DNA from: a virus
DNA: 39,435 bases
UHGV virus genome: UHGV-1377012
Direction: 5' to 3' (one strand)
A program made the translations under genes and the position numbers. The notes below the pieces were generated by a model that did no database searches, was not told the DNA's origin, and saw nothing but the letters and a program-made list of their open reading frames with translations. Shown in pieces: positions 1-9,285 of this stretch. The stretch's first letter is position 1. Each line of letters starts with the position of its first letter.

Positions 1-37
1 GTAACAGAGGGTTTTGTTCATTCATAGTGCAGGGTCA

Positions 38-54
38 AATCATTCCCACTCAAT
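38..54. repeat. attL core: 17-bp direct repeat AATCATTCCCACTCAAT
   Basis: Identical 17-mer at 39382..39398; the two copies bracket the integrase and all phage modules. Confidence 0.8.
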
Positions 55-164
55 TATTTACGGATACCATAACCAATTGAGTGATAACATTTTTCCAAAG
101 ATGAATTTTTCTCGTACCGTTTTATATACCGTCACCGGAAATTAGTACCATGAAAAATGCCATG

Positions 165-647
165 CTATCTGGTCAGGGTGTCGTACTGTTTTTCGCAGAC
201 TCTTCCGGCTTCGGCTGCCCGGTCAGCATACTCTGCCAGTTGTCTATTTCTCTCGAGAGATTTGCTGAACACGTCGGCAAGCAAAACTCCGGTGTCTGCG
301 GCTGACGACCCAGCGCCGACAATGGCGTTATAGTGCCTGAGCTGCTCACGGATGGCAACGAGCTGTTGCTGCAACCGGCCAGCGCGAGCGGCAGCATCAA
401 GAGCATCATTGCGCGCCTGGTCGATCCTCTGCTGCGCTTCACGTTCATTGATCGATTTCTCCTGTTCGTAGTGCTGACGAACTATCTCATCTTCAGCTTT
501 GCGGTCTTCCTTCGCCTGCGCATACCCGGCATCGTACTGACGACTGCCGTGTGCATTCCAGGCTACAACTCCTGATATGACCAGAACAGCAAGCATCGCC
601 ATGATAACCAACTGTTTCCAGTATGCTTTTGCGAATGCCGAGATCAT
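165..647 (-). CDS. Rz-like i-spanin
   Basis: 160 aa with N-terminal TM helix then charged, coiled-coil-like periplasmic region; last gene of the lysis cassette; 4-nt overlap with the endolysin gene. Confidence 0.65.
   Translation of the reverse strand: MISAFAKAYWKQLVIMAMLAVLVISGVVAWNAHGSRQYDAGYAQAKEDRKAEDEIVRQHYEQEKSINEREAQQRIDQARNDALDAAARAGRLQQQLVAIREQLRHYNAIVGAGSSAADTGVLLADVFSKSLERNRQLAEYADRAAEAGRVCEKQYDTLTR
173..409 (-). CDS. Rz1-like o-spanin lipoprotein, embedded in Rz in another frame
   Basis: ORF nested inside Rz; signal peptide MMLLMLPLALAG followed by Cys (lipobox LALAGC); start placed at the internal Met (409) rather than the track start at 448. Confidence 0.5.
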   Translation of the reverse strand: MMLLMLPLALAGCSNSSLPSVSSSGTITPLSALGRQPQTPEFCLPTCSANLSREIDNWQSMLTGQPKPEESAKNSTTP

Positions 648-1273
648 ACCGCCAGCACCTTACTGGCAGTGATGTACCGCGCACGCCGGTCGTCGATACC
701 GTTCTGCCCGCCATTAATGATCTGCGTGACGCGCACTAGGTCGCCTGTGTACTTCATGCAGCCTTTGGTGGCGAAGAACCACGCCGCGCTGCGGGCTGCA
801 TACTCATCCTGCGCCAGCAGCTCTGGCTTCTGCACCAGATCAACCTTCAGGCCGTTGCCGCAGTCGCGATAGTTGTTCAGCCCGGTGATCTGGATAAGCC
901 CGCGCCCGCGGTAAAACCAGCCGTCTGTCGGCCCGTTGTTCCCCATGCGTTTGCTGTACACCAGGTTGGCTATCGCACGCTGGCGCTCCAGCGGTAACGA
1001 TGGTTCGCCGGCACGGCGGCCCAGCGCGTTGGCCTGACCCTGGGTGAGTCGCCCGGCGCGGACGAATCCTGCCAGCCCGGTCACGCTGTAGTTAAAATTC
1101 TCCTGCAGCCGGGTAAATCCGCCGGATTCATGCCCCACCTGCGCGATAAACATCGCCTGGTGCAGCGGATGCTCAATGCCAAACTCTTTCATTGCTGCGG
1201 TGATATGCGGGAACCAGCGCGTGGCCAGTACCTCACTGACACCAGCTGCACGCTGGAATTGTTTAATGTCCAT
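644..1273 (-). CDS. Endolysin, glycoside hydrolase family 19 (chitinase-like lysozyme)
   Basis: 209 aa; motif VGHESGGF resembles the GH19 catalytic region; sits between holin-like genes and Rz/Rz1. Confidence 0.8.
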   Translation of the reverse strand: MDIKQFQRAAGVSEVLATRWFPHITAAMKEFGIEHPLHQAMFIAQVGHESGGFTRLQENFNYSVTGLAGFVRAGRLTQGQANALGRRAGEPSLPLERQRAIANLVYSKRMGNNGPTDGWFYRGRGLIQITGLNNYRDCGNGLKVDLVQKPELLAQDEYAARSAAWFFATKGCMKYTGDLVRVTQIINGGQNGIDDRRARYITASKVLAV

Positions 1274-1550
1274 GCTGGGACCTCGTTATCTTGAAGATTT
1301 GTACCACGTTCCCTTTTGTCTTGATCAGCGCAGCCAGGAACACGGCTTTGATGATGATTTCTGACCAGTCGGCGCTGACGTAGTACCCGTAGAACGTCCG
1401 GATAGGTACGCTGGCAGCAACGACGATCAGCAGATAGGCGAGCCACCCTCCCCACCAGCGATGGCGTGACCCGTCACGGCGGAACAGCAGGACTCGGATT
1501 GCAATGCCGCCACATATAGCGGCGTTCAGGATGAGCTCAGGACTGATCAT
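1263..1550 (-). CDS. Small membrane protein, holin/antiholin candidate
   Basis: 95 aa with two hydrophobic segments, immediately upstream of the endolysin and overlapping it. Confidence 0.5.
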   Translation of the reverse strand: MISPELILNAAICGGIAIRVLLFRRDGSRHRWWGGWLAYLLIVVAASVPIRTFYGYYVSADWSEIIIKAVFLAALIKTKGNVVQIFKITRSQHGH

Positions 1551-1941
1551 CGTCTTTTCTCCCCGGAATCAGGTCGCGTGGATTTCCAGAACGGTGATAC
1601 AGCCAGGTACCGATACCAACAGCAACGATTGAAGAAACAAACGCCCCTGCTGAGTAAGCAACACCTTTCTCAAACATATCTGTGGTAATACCAGGGAAAG
1701 CGGATGCGAAGCCGATGAGAAGTGTTGCTGTCGGTTTGTAGAAGAGAAGGCCGCAGAAGAAGCTGAGGAACGCCAGAAGTAACCGTCGCTTTATGGGATA
1801 CTCCACCGCCGAGGTAACAAAAATTACCGCGCCAGCGAGCGCCCCTAAAGCCACCTCAGGCGGCGCACCCGCGACCACAGACATCAGCGCGCTCAGGCTA
1901 AGCCCCTGATTCAGCGTTTCAGTGGTTAACGAGTGCGACAT
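1537..1941 (-). CDS. Holin-like membrane protein
   Basis: About 134 aa with three or four hydrophobic helices and a charged C-terminus; ATG at 1941 preferred over the GTG at 1950; first gene of the lysis cassette. Confidence 0.5.
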   Translation of the reverse strand: MSHSLTTETLNQGLSLSALMSVVAGAPPEVALGALAGAVIFVTSAVEYPIKRRLLLAFLSFFCGLLFYKPTATLLIGFASAFPGITTDMFEKGVAYSAGAFVSSIVAVGIGTWLYHRSGNPRDLIPGRKDDDQS

Positions 1942-2046
1942 AGTTACCACCGTTTAATGTGCATAAAGAACCCCCTTAGTTGGTGAGTTCATTATACACA
2001 ATAAACCATATGTGGATTAAATTTGATCGGATAACTCTTAACGAAA

Positions 2047-2061
2047 TTACCCTAGAGGTGA
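2047..2061. promoter_or_regulatory. Palindrome TTACC-CTAGA-GGTGA (one mismatch to TTACC-N5-GGTAA), candidate operator
   Basis: Lies 6 bp past the esterase stop and upstream of the holin-like gene; a minus-strand TATAAT (1991..1996) and CCACATATGG (2006..2015) lie between it and the holin start. Confidence 0.5.
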
Positions 2062-2066
2062 TTTGC

Positions 2067-3443
2067 CTAAATTTCTATCTCAAACGGAAGGCAATAATTC
2101 AGCATGCAATTGTCTGCATGATAGCGATCTTTAAAATGATTTGGGAATTCATCACTATCGCAAAGCTCTCCTATCCGTGACTCTTTAAGATAACTCACCG
2201 TACCTTTAAGGCCGGAAGTATTGATGCTCACAGTATCATCTGAAATGATCTTAACGTCGCTAGCAGATAGTTTTTTTCCTGTGAAATGAAAACCCATAGG
2301 ACAACCATCTTTTATAAATGAATACATTCCGTTGAGGGTTTTTCTAAATTGCAATGGCTTCACAGGAATATTAAATTTTATAATAATGCTGTTACCATCG
2401 ATAGAATGTGATTTATAACATAGAGGTGACCATGATGAACCTGACAACTTACTAGTTAAATACGCCTGTGCCATTTTTTCGCCATGTGCACGCTGGGCAT
2501 GTGGGTACATATGAATTTCGTTCGTCAGGTGATATCTTGGGCCAGAGATGTACATCTTAATGCCGGAATGTTTTGCTTCATCATGGGCCATGCGTTGCTC
2601 GACGTTAAGACCAAAGTGTGAGTTTATCCTTCTACCTTCGGTTTTAAAACCATGCCAACAGTAATTGCTTTGCTCAAAAATAAACTCTGGCTCTTTGCCC
2701 TGCCCTGTGATTTTTACAATATCTTTAACGTAATCATTTCTGAATGATAGAAGTTTTTCAGAATATCCTTTAGGGGCGATGGCATCATTTTCCCCCTGAA
2801 TCCAGAAGATGCCATCAACTTGAATATCACTTTTGATAATATCTTTTATTTTTTCGAGCATCCACATACCGTTCAGATAAGGGTAGCGGAATTTTGGCTC
2901 GCGATAATAAAGCAGTGATTTATTTCCTGATACTACATTGTAGTCAGAAGACTCTTTAGTTAGAGGTTTGTTATAGTTGTCACCATTAAGAATTAAATCT
3001 TTGCTAGGCTTAATAAGTTGCTCTATATACTGGGATCCCCTTCCGTGCCCGAAGATAATAAGATTGTCATTTGGAAACGCTTTTGAGATATGTGAAATTA
3101 TTCCGTATACAGGCCCTTCTCCTGCATCAATACCAAATGCCATTCTGTCTAAATTGGTTAAGCTTGCGCCGCCTGAGGACAAAGTAAATGCACTTGCCAA
3201 ATCAGTTGTGATGAATTTACTACCGTCTCTCTCACCCTCATATGATTCAAGATAAGAATCCCATGGGCTTGGTGTTCTCCATGTCTGTGAATAATCAACG
3301 GTTCCTGTTGAGTTGGATTGTCCGTAAATAATGAATACGCGGTTTTTCCTTCCAGCAACAAAATCTGCAAAAAGAAGACCAGATCCTGACAGCGCGCCGA
3401 TGGCCGCAGCTAATTTAATAAAATTTCTTCTGGAAACTGACAT
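2067..3443 (-). CDS. Secreted SGNH/SASA-family esterase (sialate O-acetylesterase-like), Tat signal peptide
   Basis: N-terminus MSVSRRNFIKLAAAIGALSGS is a twin-arginine signal; IIYGQSNSTG matches the GQSN catalytic block of SASA/SGNH esterases; visibly AT-rich; start moved to the ATG at 3443 with GAGGTG upstream. Confidence 0.65.
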   Translation of the reverse strand: MSVSRRNFIKLAAAIGALSGSGLLFADFVAGRKNRVFIIYGQSNSTGTVDYSQTWRTPSPWDSYLESYEGERDGSKFITTDLASAFTLSSGGASLTNLDRMAFGIDAGEGPVYGIISHISKAFPNDNLIIFGHGRGSQYIEQLIKPSKDLILNGDNYNKPLTKESSDYNVVSGNKSLLYYREPKFRYPYLNGMWMLEKIKDIIKSDIQVDGIFWIQGENDAIAPKGYSEKLLSFRNDYVKDIVKITGQGKEPEFIFEQSNYCWHGFKTEGRRINSHFGLNVEQRMAHDEAKHSGIKMYISGPRYHLTNEIHMYPHAQRAHGEKMAQAYLTSKLSGSSWSPLCYKSHSIDGNSIIIKFNIPVKPLQFRKTLNGMYSFIKDGCPMGFHFTGKKLSASDVKIISDDTVSINTSGLKGTVSYLKESRIGELCDSDEFPNHFKDRYHADNCMLNYCLPFEIEI

Positions 3444-3482
3444 AAACACCTCAAAAACGTCCTTGTTAATGAGGATATCACA

Positions 3483-5834
3483 TTAGAGATTTCCTGTTGA
3501 CTGCCAAGTGCCAGGAGTGCCGGCGGTAACACATACCCACTCCTTAGGGCTCCCGACAGCAGGAGAGGAATTTATGCATCGCGATCCCCTTGGCCAGGTC
3601 AAAGTGGTTGGAGCGGCGGTATCGTAAAGCACAGGGAGAGATGACCCTTGTTTCACCAAACTTCCAAGCCACGCTGGAACTGTTGGCACATCCCAACGAC
3701 AGCCAGAGTGGAAGAACGCTCCAACACCATCTCCGTACATTCTGATTGCGTCTCCAGTTGTATTTGTGCTGTGACAATCGATAAGGATTAGTGGTTCATT
3801 GTTCCATGAAACGTTTCTGAAGAAACCGTTGAACCTAACTCCTTCAAGTTTCGTAGCGGAGGTTACAGTGAATGCTATATCAGATGTGCCTGCGCCAATG
3901 TGGCTAAAGTTACAATTTTCAAATGTCAGATATCCGGTGGTTCCACCTGTACCTGTCATAACAACGCCACAAGAAGCAGAGCAATTTCTTACGGTAGTAT
4001 TATTGGCAGTGTTACCGAAAGCAGCAGATACGTTAGAAATGCTGACGTTTTCAACTGTGATATTGTCGCCATTGCTACAATGGATCGCCGTTGAATCGTA
4101 AATGTCACCATATTTTGTTATACTTCCTCCATTGAAATGGCAGCGAGTTCCTTGCAAAGAAATCATATAGCTTCCGCTAAATGACTGGCTCCATCTATGG
4201 ATATGGCAATTACTCAACTCAACGTTAAGTAGTGTTCCTGCATCATTGTAAATGTAGATGTCTATTTTTTTGTTATCGCCAGCCAGATGGTCGAAAATGT
4301 GGATGTAACGTGTAGTGGCATCATCTCCAGATTGTGAATACACACGAATGCCGTACTCGCTATTTCCGAATGTTTGATTTCCTTTAAAGGTTGTACCAGT
4401 GCTCTTCCAGGCAATACATCCTCTGCCGCCATCAGATATTTCTGTATCACTCAGATAACCATTATAGTTACCGACAGAATTGATAATTTCATTGAATGTC
4501 CCGTAACGGTCTTCAAGACCCATACCCCAGTTATTTTCAGAAATGCAATCCTGAATTTTACAACGTGTGCAATTGATCATCTGAATACCAGAGCCAGGGA
4601 CCCTTCTTACTGTCATTCCTTTAACAGAACTATAAGAGGTATCAGCAACTAATACCGCAGACACTACACTGTTTGCTCCAGCCCTGACACCTGTGCCAAC
4701 TATAAAACCACCTGAGGTATGTGTATTAGCCCCCCTTATCGCCAATATATAATTTGCCAGCGAAGTACCCTGGATTAACCTTGATGATCCAAAGTCTACA
4801 GACCTACCTGCTTGCAATGTTATAGTGGCATCAAGAAGATAATCACCACCTGTAAACTGCATTCTCTTGCCAACAGCAAACATGGCGTTAATTGCTGCTG
4901 AGCACGGGGTAACTCCATCAGGCACTGCGCCAGCCATTAATGGGTTAATGATATCAGCATTAACACGAATCCATGCCGCTCCACCAGGAGTCTTGAATAC
5001 GGTAACGCCGTTGTCTGTATATGCACTTCCATCAAGCACTGCGCGAAGCTGGCCACCACCGTAACCTGTGCCAGAGGTATATTCTTTCAGGAGCACCCGC
5101 TGACCATCGGAAGCTGGCTCCGTTGCACGGAGAACTGTGACGTTAGGGAATTGCCCTATCAATTTGAAGCCGTCACTTTTTGCCAGCTCCATCAGAACTT
5201 CAGATGCGGAAGCTGATGGCGGGAGAACGACAATTGCATTACCCATGCTATCAAACGCGGGCATTTTGTTTGCCCTGTCAACTGCTGATGGTAGCTGATT
5301 GATTGGCTCTGGTACGCGCAGAGTACGCATCAGGTTGCCACTGGACAGCGTATCAACATAATTCTTGGTAGCTGCATCCTGAGGGTCCCGTGGGTCGCGG
5401 AGATTGCGAATATAGTTGTTCAGCGCATCGTACCAGTTCGCGATGCTTGATGGTTTACGCAGCGCCAGGCGGAACACGCTGAATGCCTGTTGGATCAGCA
5501 TCGTCAGCTTATCGAATGCGTCCTCATGCACCTCTGCGAAGAACTTACCCTGGTTGCGCAGATCGGTATCCTGCGTAACCGGTAGCTCTCTTGATATAGA
5601 AATCTGATAACCGTTAACCAACGCCTTCGACAGAATTACATTGCCGCCGTTATACCCTCCCGCACCAGTGACTATGTAATCAGTATCAAGAGCCAGCACA
5701 GCGATATTTTCGTCAAGGTCAACCACCTGCACTACCAGATCAGATTCATTGAAAACCCTAAAGGTATAAGGGAATGAAGTCGTAACGCCATTGCCTGTGT
5801 ATTCGTTGTGGTCAACTTCGGTTGAGACCGTCAT
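3483..5834 (-). CDS. Tailspike / receptor-binding protein with probable beta-helix depolymerase domain
   Basis: 783 aa; N-terminal roughly 150 aa look like a virion-attachment domain, the remainder is rich in Gly/Asn/Ser/Thr repeats typical of right-handed beta-helix tailspikes; last structural gene before the cargo and lysis genes. Confidence 0.7.
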   Translation of the reverse strand: MTVSTEVDHNEYTGNGVTTSFPYTFRVFNESDLVVQVVDLDENIAVLALDTDYIVTGAGGYNGGNVILSKALVNGYQISISRELPVTQDTDLRNQGKFFAEVHEDAFDKLTMLIQQAFSVFRLALRKPSSIANWYDALNNYIRNLRDPRDPQDAATKNYVDTLSSGNLMRTLRVPEPINQLPSAVDRANKMPAFDSMGNAIVVLPPSASASEVLMELAKSDGFKLIGQFPNVTVLRATEPASDGQRVLLKEYTSGTGYGGGQLRAVLDGSAYTDNGVTVFKTPGGAAWIRVNADIINPLMAGAVPDGVTPCSAAINAMFAVGKRMQFTGGDYLLDATITLQAGRSVDFGSSRLIQGTSLANYILAIRGANTHTSGGFIVGTGVRAGANSVVSAVLVADTSYSSVKGMTVRRVPGSGIQMINCTRCKIQDCISENNWGMGLEDRYGTFNEIINSVGNYNGYLSDTEISDGGRGCIAWKSTGTTFKGNQTFGNSEYGIRVYSQSGDDATTRYIHIFDHLAGDNKKIDIYIYNDAGTLLNVELSNCHIHRWSQSFSGSYMISLQGTRCHFNGGSITKYGDIYDSTAIHCSNGDNITVENVSISNVSAAFGNTANNTTVRNCSASCGVVMTGTGGTTGYLTFENCNFSHIGAGTSDIAFTVTSATKLEGVRFNGFFRNVSWNNEPLILIDCHSTNTTGDAIRMYGDGVGAFFHSGCRWDVPTVPAWLGSLVKQGSSLPVLYDTAAPTTLTWPRGSRCINSSPAVGSPKEWVCVTAGTPGTWQSTGNL

Positions 5835-5938
5835 GTTAAATCTCCAGATAGTCGCAGCACCCGTTGCGCCGCATATCTGGTTATTCTATTACCTGAAAAA
5901 CCACATATGGATAGAAAGACTGTGAATACGAATAGATA

Positions 5939-5953
5939 TTACCTTTCGGGTAA
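5939..5953. promoter_or_regulatory. Perfect palindrome TTACC-TTTCG-GGTAA, candidate operator
   Basis: Immediately upstream of a TTGCAA hexamer (5955..5960) and of the LexA box; a half-site plus CCACATATGG lie at 5889..5910. Confidence 0.55.
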
Positions 5954-5990
5954 TTTGCAAAACGTGCTGGATAGCAAATAAATTATTTGA

Positions 5991-6010
5991 TACTGTATAT
6001 TTATACAGTT
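5991..6010 (+). promoter_or_regulatory. LexA (SOS) box TACTGTATATTTATACAGTT
   Basis: Perfect CTGT-N8-ACAG with AT-rich spacer, 20 bp upstream of the ATG at 6030 and just downstream of a promoter-like TTGCAA-N17-ATAAAT. Confidence 0.75.
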
Positions 6011-6029
6011 ATTGCATGGAGAAGATAAG

Positions 6030-6287
6030 ATGCAGCAGTATCACTATCCACTGGAAGACGGATTTACCGAAAGGATTTACACGCCGGGAGGCGTCAGGTC
6101 ACTGGTGGAGGGATCGCACTTGATGAAATTACTCCTGGATCTCGATAAGGATGGATTTAATGTCGATGGCCCACTTGCCGAACTGACTGCACTGATTAAC
6201 TACGTCACCAGCTCACAGATGTCTATGCAGGATCTGCAAACACATCTCGACTATTGTGCCGAACAATTACGAAAACAAACCACATAA
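6030..6287 (+). CDS. SOS-box-controlled small acidic protein (85 aa), candidate antirepressor
   Basis: ATG at 6030 with GGAGAA 7 nt upstream (the track start at 6012 is a TTG); plus-strand gene embedded in a minus-strand structural operon; preceded by the LexA box. Confidence 0.6.
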   Translation: MQQYHYPLEDGFTERIYTPGGVRSLVEGSHLMKLLLDLDKDGFNVDGPLAELTALINYVTSSQMSMQDLQTHLDYCAEQLRKQTT

Positions 6288-6292
6288 AGAAA

Positions 6293-6310
6293 AGGCCGCG
6301 AAAGCGGCCT
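6293..6310. terminator. Hairpin AGGCCGC-GAAA-GCGGCCT between convergent genes
   Basis: 7-bp GC-rich stem; T-rich run follows on the minus strand and A-rich on the plus strand; sits between 6030..6287 (+) and 6319..6615 (-). Confidence 0.5.
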
Positions 6311-6318
6311 GTTACATG

Positions 6319-6615
6319 TCACGTCCCTTTTCTTAATGATAGCCATTCGAAAAATGATGACATTCCACCGCAGACAATAGCAAAGATGATCCCACCAAAG
6401 AAGAGAAGGCCAGCCTGCCACCACTCCCACCGCCATACATCCACAGCGCCAACCATACCAACAATCGCTCCAACAAATGGAATATAGCTCACGATGAAAG
6501 CAATGGGGGCTGCAATTATCCAGTGCAATCCCCACCATGATTCAAGCCCAGCCATAATTGCTGCCAACTGAAAAAGACCAACGACGATATAAACAATGAA
6601 TCCTATAGCTTGCAT
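6319..6615 (-). CDS. Small integral membrane protein (98 aa)
   Basis: Three hydrophobic helices, Trp/Gly-rich; convergent with the SOS-controlled gene. Confidence 0.5.
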   Translation of the reverse strand: MQAIGFIVYIVVGLFQLAAIMAGLESWWGLHWIIAAPIAFIVSYIPFVGAIVGMVGAVDVWRWEWWQAGLLFFGGIIFAIVCGGMSSFFEWLSLRKGT

Positions 6616-6810
6616 GTAGTCACCTATTTACCCAGTAAAAATAAGAGGCCTCCCCTCAATAAGGCTTGCAACAAGAACTACTACCTGCATAACAAAGATG
6701 AACCAGCAAATAGCTTGAGTCTGAGGGTTAAGAAAATATTTGTAGCGGTCAATAAATAACAATCCACCAGAAATTATCACACTCAAAATAATTAAAAACA
6801 CAACACTTCC

Positions 6811-9285
6811 TTATTGCGGAGTGACATCCTGAGGTCGCCACCAGTATGTCTGGTTAAACTCTTTCTTCGAACGTTGCTCCATTTTACGCAAATAGCCTGG
6901 TGAAAAATACTCCTGCATCTGGTTAAAGATCATGTGATCGAGAGCCGCCTTCAAGTACCAGAGATTCGCACCAGGCATCAAACCTTTCCCCAGCTTCACC
7001 AGATCACCACCAGTCTGCTCACTCTTCCCTTCCACAGCATTTAACGGTATGCCCTGAGCAATCTTCACTACGTCATCAACCAGACCAGCTACCGGGCCAA
7101 GCATCGACGCCAGCGCGCCGCTTCCGTACCTAGTGTGATCTGACAATAAAAAGTCACCGTAAAGGCCAAGACCACCACCTTTCAGTAGAGCACCAAGCCA
7201 AAATTTAGCAGCATCTTCTCCTGTCATCTCGCGAGGATTACGACCAGACGCAAGGTCGTTAAGTTGCTGCGACAAAGCGCCAAGAATGGTAGTACTGGCA
7301 ATAAACGTCGCAATATATGCCGCACGCCCACCAGCAGACGGCATACCCATAGCGCGTGACCAGTGACGCATAACAACCGAGATAGGGAACGATTTAAACA
7401 AGAAAATACTTCTCGTTAATTCACCTTTCCATGTTCCACGCTGAATACCAGAACCGGTTATCAGCTGCTCACGTGCTCCAGGTGTAATAACAGCCATATC
7501 AACTTCTTCAGTTACGGCACCGAGCAGTTTACGCATTGCCTCAAATTTCACGCGTTCAGGCTCACCAAGATGTTTAACTGCTGAATCAGGGATACGCATA
7601 ATGCTTTCCGGTGTCAGCATCGTATTATTGCCGTTCCCCCAGTCCTCCTGTTGCGCCAGCTTCCATACGCTCCAGTCTGTGTCAGTAATCCCTTTGCTTT
7701 TCAGGATGCGAAAATCAGAATCATCGAGGCTACGAAGGTCTGGTGTCCGTGACACTACTTCTCCCAGGCTTCCCATCATGGTTACGCCATAGGCGCGCTT
7801 GTGCGCATCTGACCATGCTGTAAGCCCACTGGCACGCATTACCGCCGTTGCCGCCCAACGAGACACAGACGGCCCCATATTATCCATCGCCCAGCGGTTA
7901 ACGCTGCCAAGTAGAGATTCCATCGCCAGACCAGCGCGGCGCGCCCGCGCAAGTTCTGTACGGTTCGTTGGGTCCATAGCTTCAAGCTGGTTGCGGAATA
8001 ACTGGTTCATTGGAAGGTTGGTAACCTTCGCAGACAGATACATGGTTCCAAGATCAGAGAACGATGACAGCAACGCGGATCCGAGTCTGCTGGCAACCAA
8101 CCAGTTGCGGATATTGTCAGACCATCGCGCGATGTGCGGATTCGCTACAGGCTGTGTCTTTCCGGAAATAAAGTTGTACAGATTCTCTGTGTTGTTCGCC
8201 AGCCGCTCGACTTTACCGGTTTTACTCGGGTTAGCTGTTGCCGTTTCTGCCTTCACCTGATCAAGAAGAGAGCGGAAAACATGATCGGGGTTTGGGCCAT
8301 ATGTTTCCACCAGTGCAATATCTTTACTGATACCTTCAAGGTGACCGACCATGATTTCCCATAGAGAGCGATCGCCATAAAGTTGCTGATATTGCAGATA
8401 GGAATCTGCATCTTTGAAATGTATCTGTCGTGATGCATTACCACGGTTAGCACGTGCGCCGGAAATTCGCATTCCGGTATCAGTAAGCTTATTCAGCCCA
8501 CCAGTAGCGATCGTGTTATAAGCCTCTCCAAGAAATGCAGACAACTCGGCATCGTTCATCAGCTGTCCATCGGATCGGGTATAATATTTGCGATCCAGCT
8601 TACCTATAACATCGCTAACCCATTTATCTTTTGATACCGCCCCAACCTTTTCCATAGAATGATGTTGAGGGATCCCCCAGTTTTCGAGATAGCCAATATC
8701 CCCACCAGCATCATTAAACCGGCGGCGAAGTAGATCTGTCACTTCTCTCCACGCCTTAGCACCTTTTCTTGCTTTAGCATTGCCAGTATTTTGCCCTCGC
8801 ATTTCATATACCAGGTCACGTACGCCCGCTTCATCTTCAAACAGACCAAAAAAGCGAGGATCAACTGCTTCGAATGCCTCCTGCAATTGACTCAATGCAT
8901 AATCACGAGTGGCTTTTGTTCTGGACTCAACAGAGAGGAAGTTCGATTTACCGTCTGCATTAAAAGCAATAGTACGGTTAAGAGCGCCAAGTTTCCCATC
9001 AGCCCCTTGATAGCTATTGATAAACTTATCCAATCTCTGACGCGCGGCTATAGTGAGAGCCACACGACGTTTCTTTAATGCCGCTTCTCGCTGTAATTCT
9101 TCAGATGCCAATTGTGCTGCTCGATATAGCCGCTCTGATTCGGAAAGTTGTCTCCACGACATCGGGTCATCACGAGCAATGGAGCGCATATTTCGATAAA
9201 TGCGGTCTTCAATGTTCTGTATTTCTCGCGCCGTTAACGTGCGCTGCGCCGCCTGCTGGACCGCTTGTATACATTCCTGTCTCAT
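6811..9285 (-). CDS. Large internal virion / DNA-ejection protein
   Basis: 824 aa ORF in the tail-proximal block of three very large ORFs typical of podovirus core proteins; assigned by size and position only. Confidence 0.6.
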   Translation of the reverse strand: MRQECIQAVQQAAQRTLTAREIQNIEDRIYRNMRSIARDDPMSWRQLSESERLYRAAQLASEELQREAALKKRRVALTIAARQRLDKFINSYQGADGKLGALNRTIAFNADGKSNFLSVESRTKATRDYALSQLQEAFEAVDPRFFGLFEDEAGVRDLVYEMRGQNTGNAKARKGAKAWREVTDLLRRRFNDAGGDIGYLENWGIPQHHSMEKVGAVSKDKWVSDVIGKLDRKYYTRSDGQLMNDAELSAFLGEAYNTIATGGLNKLTDTGMRISGARANRGNASRQIHFKDADSYLQYQQLYGDRSLWEIMVGHLEGISKDIALVETYGPNPDHVFRSLLDQVKAETATANPSKTGKVERLANNTENLYNFISGKTQPVANPHIARWSDNIRNWLVASRLGSALLSSFSDLGTMYLSAKVTNLPMNQLFRNQLEAMDPTNRTELARARRAGLAMESLLGSVNRWAMDNMGPSVSRWAATAVMRASGLTAWSDAHKRAYGVTMMGSLGEVVSRTPDLRSLDDSDFRILKSKGITDTDWSVWKLAQQEDWGNGNNTMLTPESIMRIPDSAVKHLGEPERVKFEAMRKLLGAVTEEVDMAVITPGAREQLITGSGIQRGTWKGELTRSIFLFKSFPISVVMRHWSRAMGMPSAGGRAAYIATFIASTTILGALSQQLNDLASGRNPREMTGEDAAKFWLGALLKGGGLGLYGDFLLSDHTRYGSGALASMLGPVAGLVDDVVKIAQGIPLNAVEGKSEQTGGDLVKLGKGLMPGANLWYLKAALDHMIFNQMQEYFSPGYLRKMEQRSKKEFNQTYWWRPQDVTPQ

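Noticed and set aside
1813-1828. GGTAA-CAAAAA-TTACC inside the holin-like coding sequence
   Set aside because: Half-sites are in the opposite (everted) arrangement with a 6-bp spacer and lie within a CDS; not counted as an operator copy.
2199-2213. GTACC-TTTAA-GGCCG near-palindrome inside the esterase gene
   Set aside because: Only one half-site matches the consensus and it lies in coding sequence; treated as chance.
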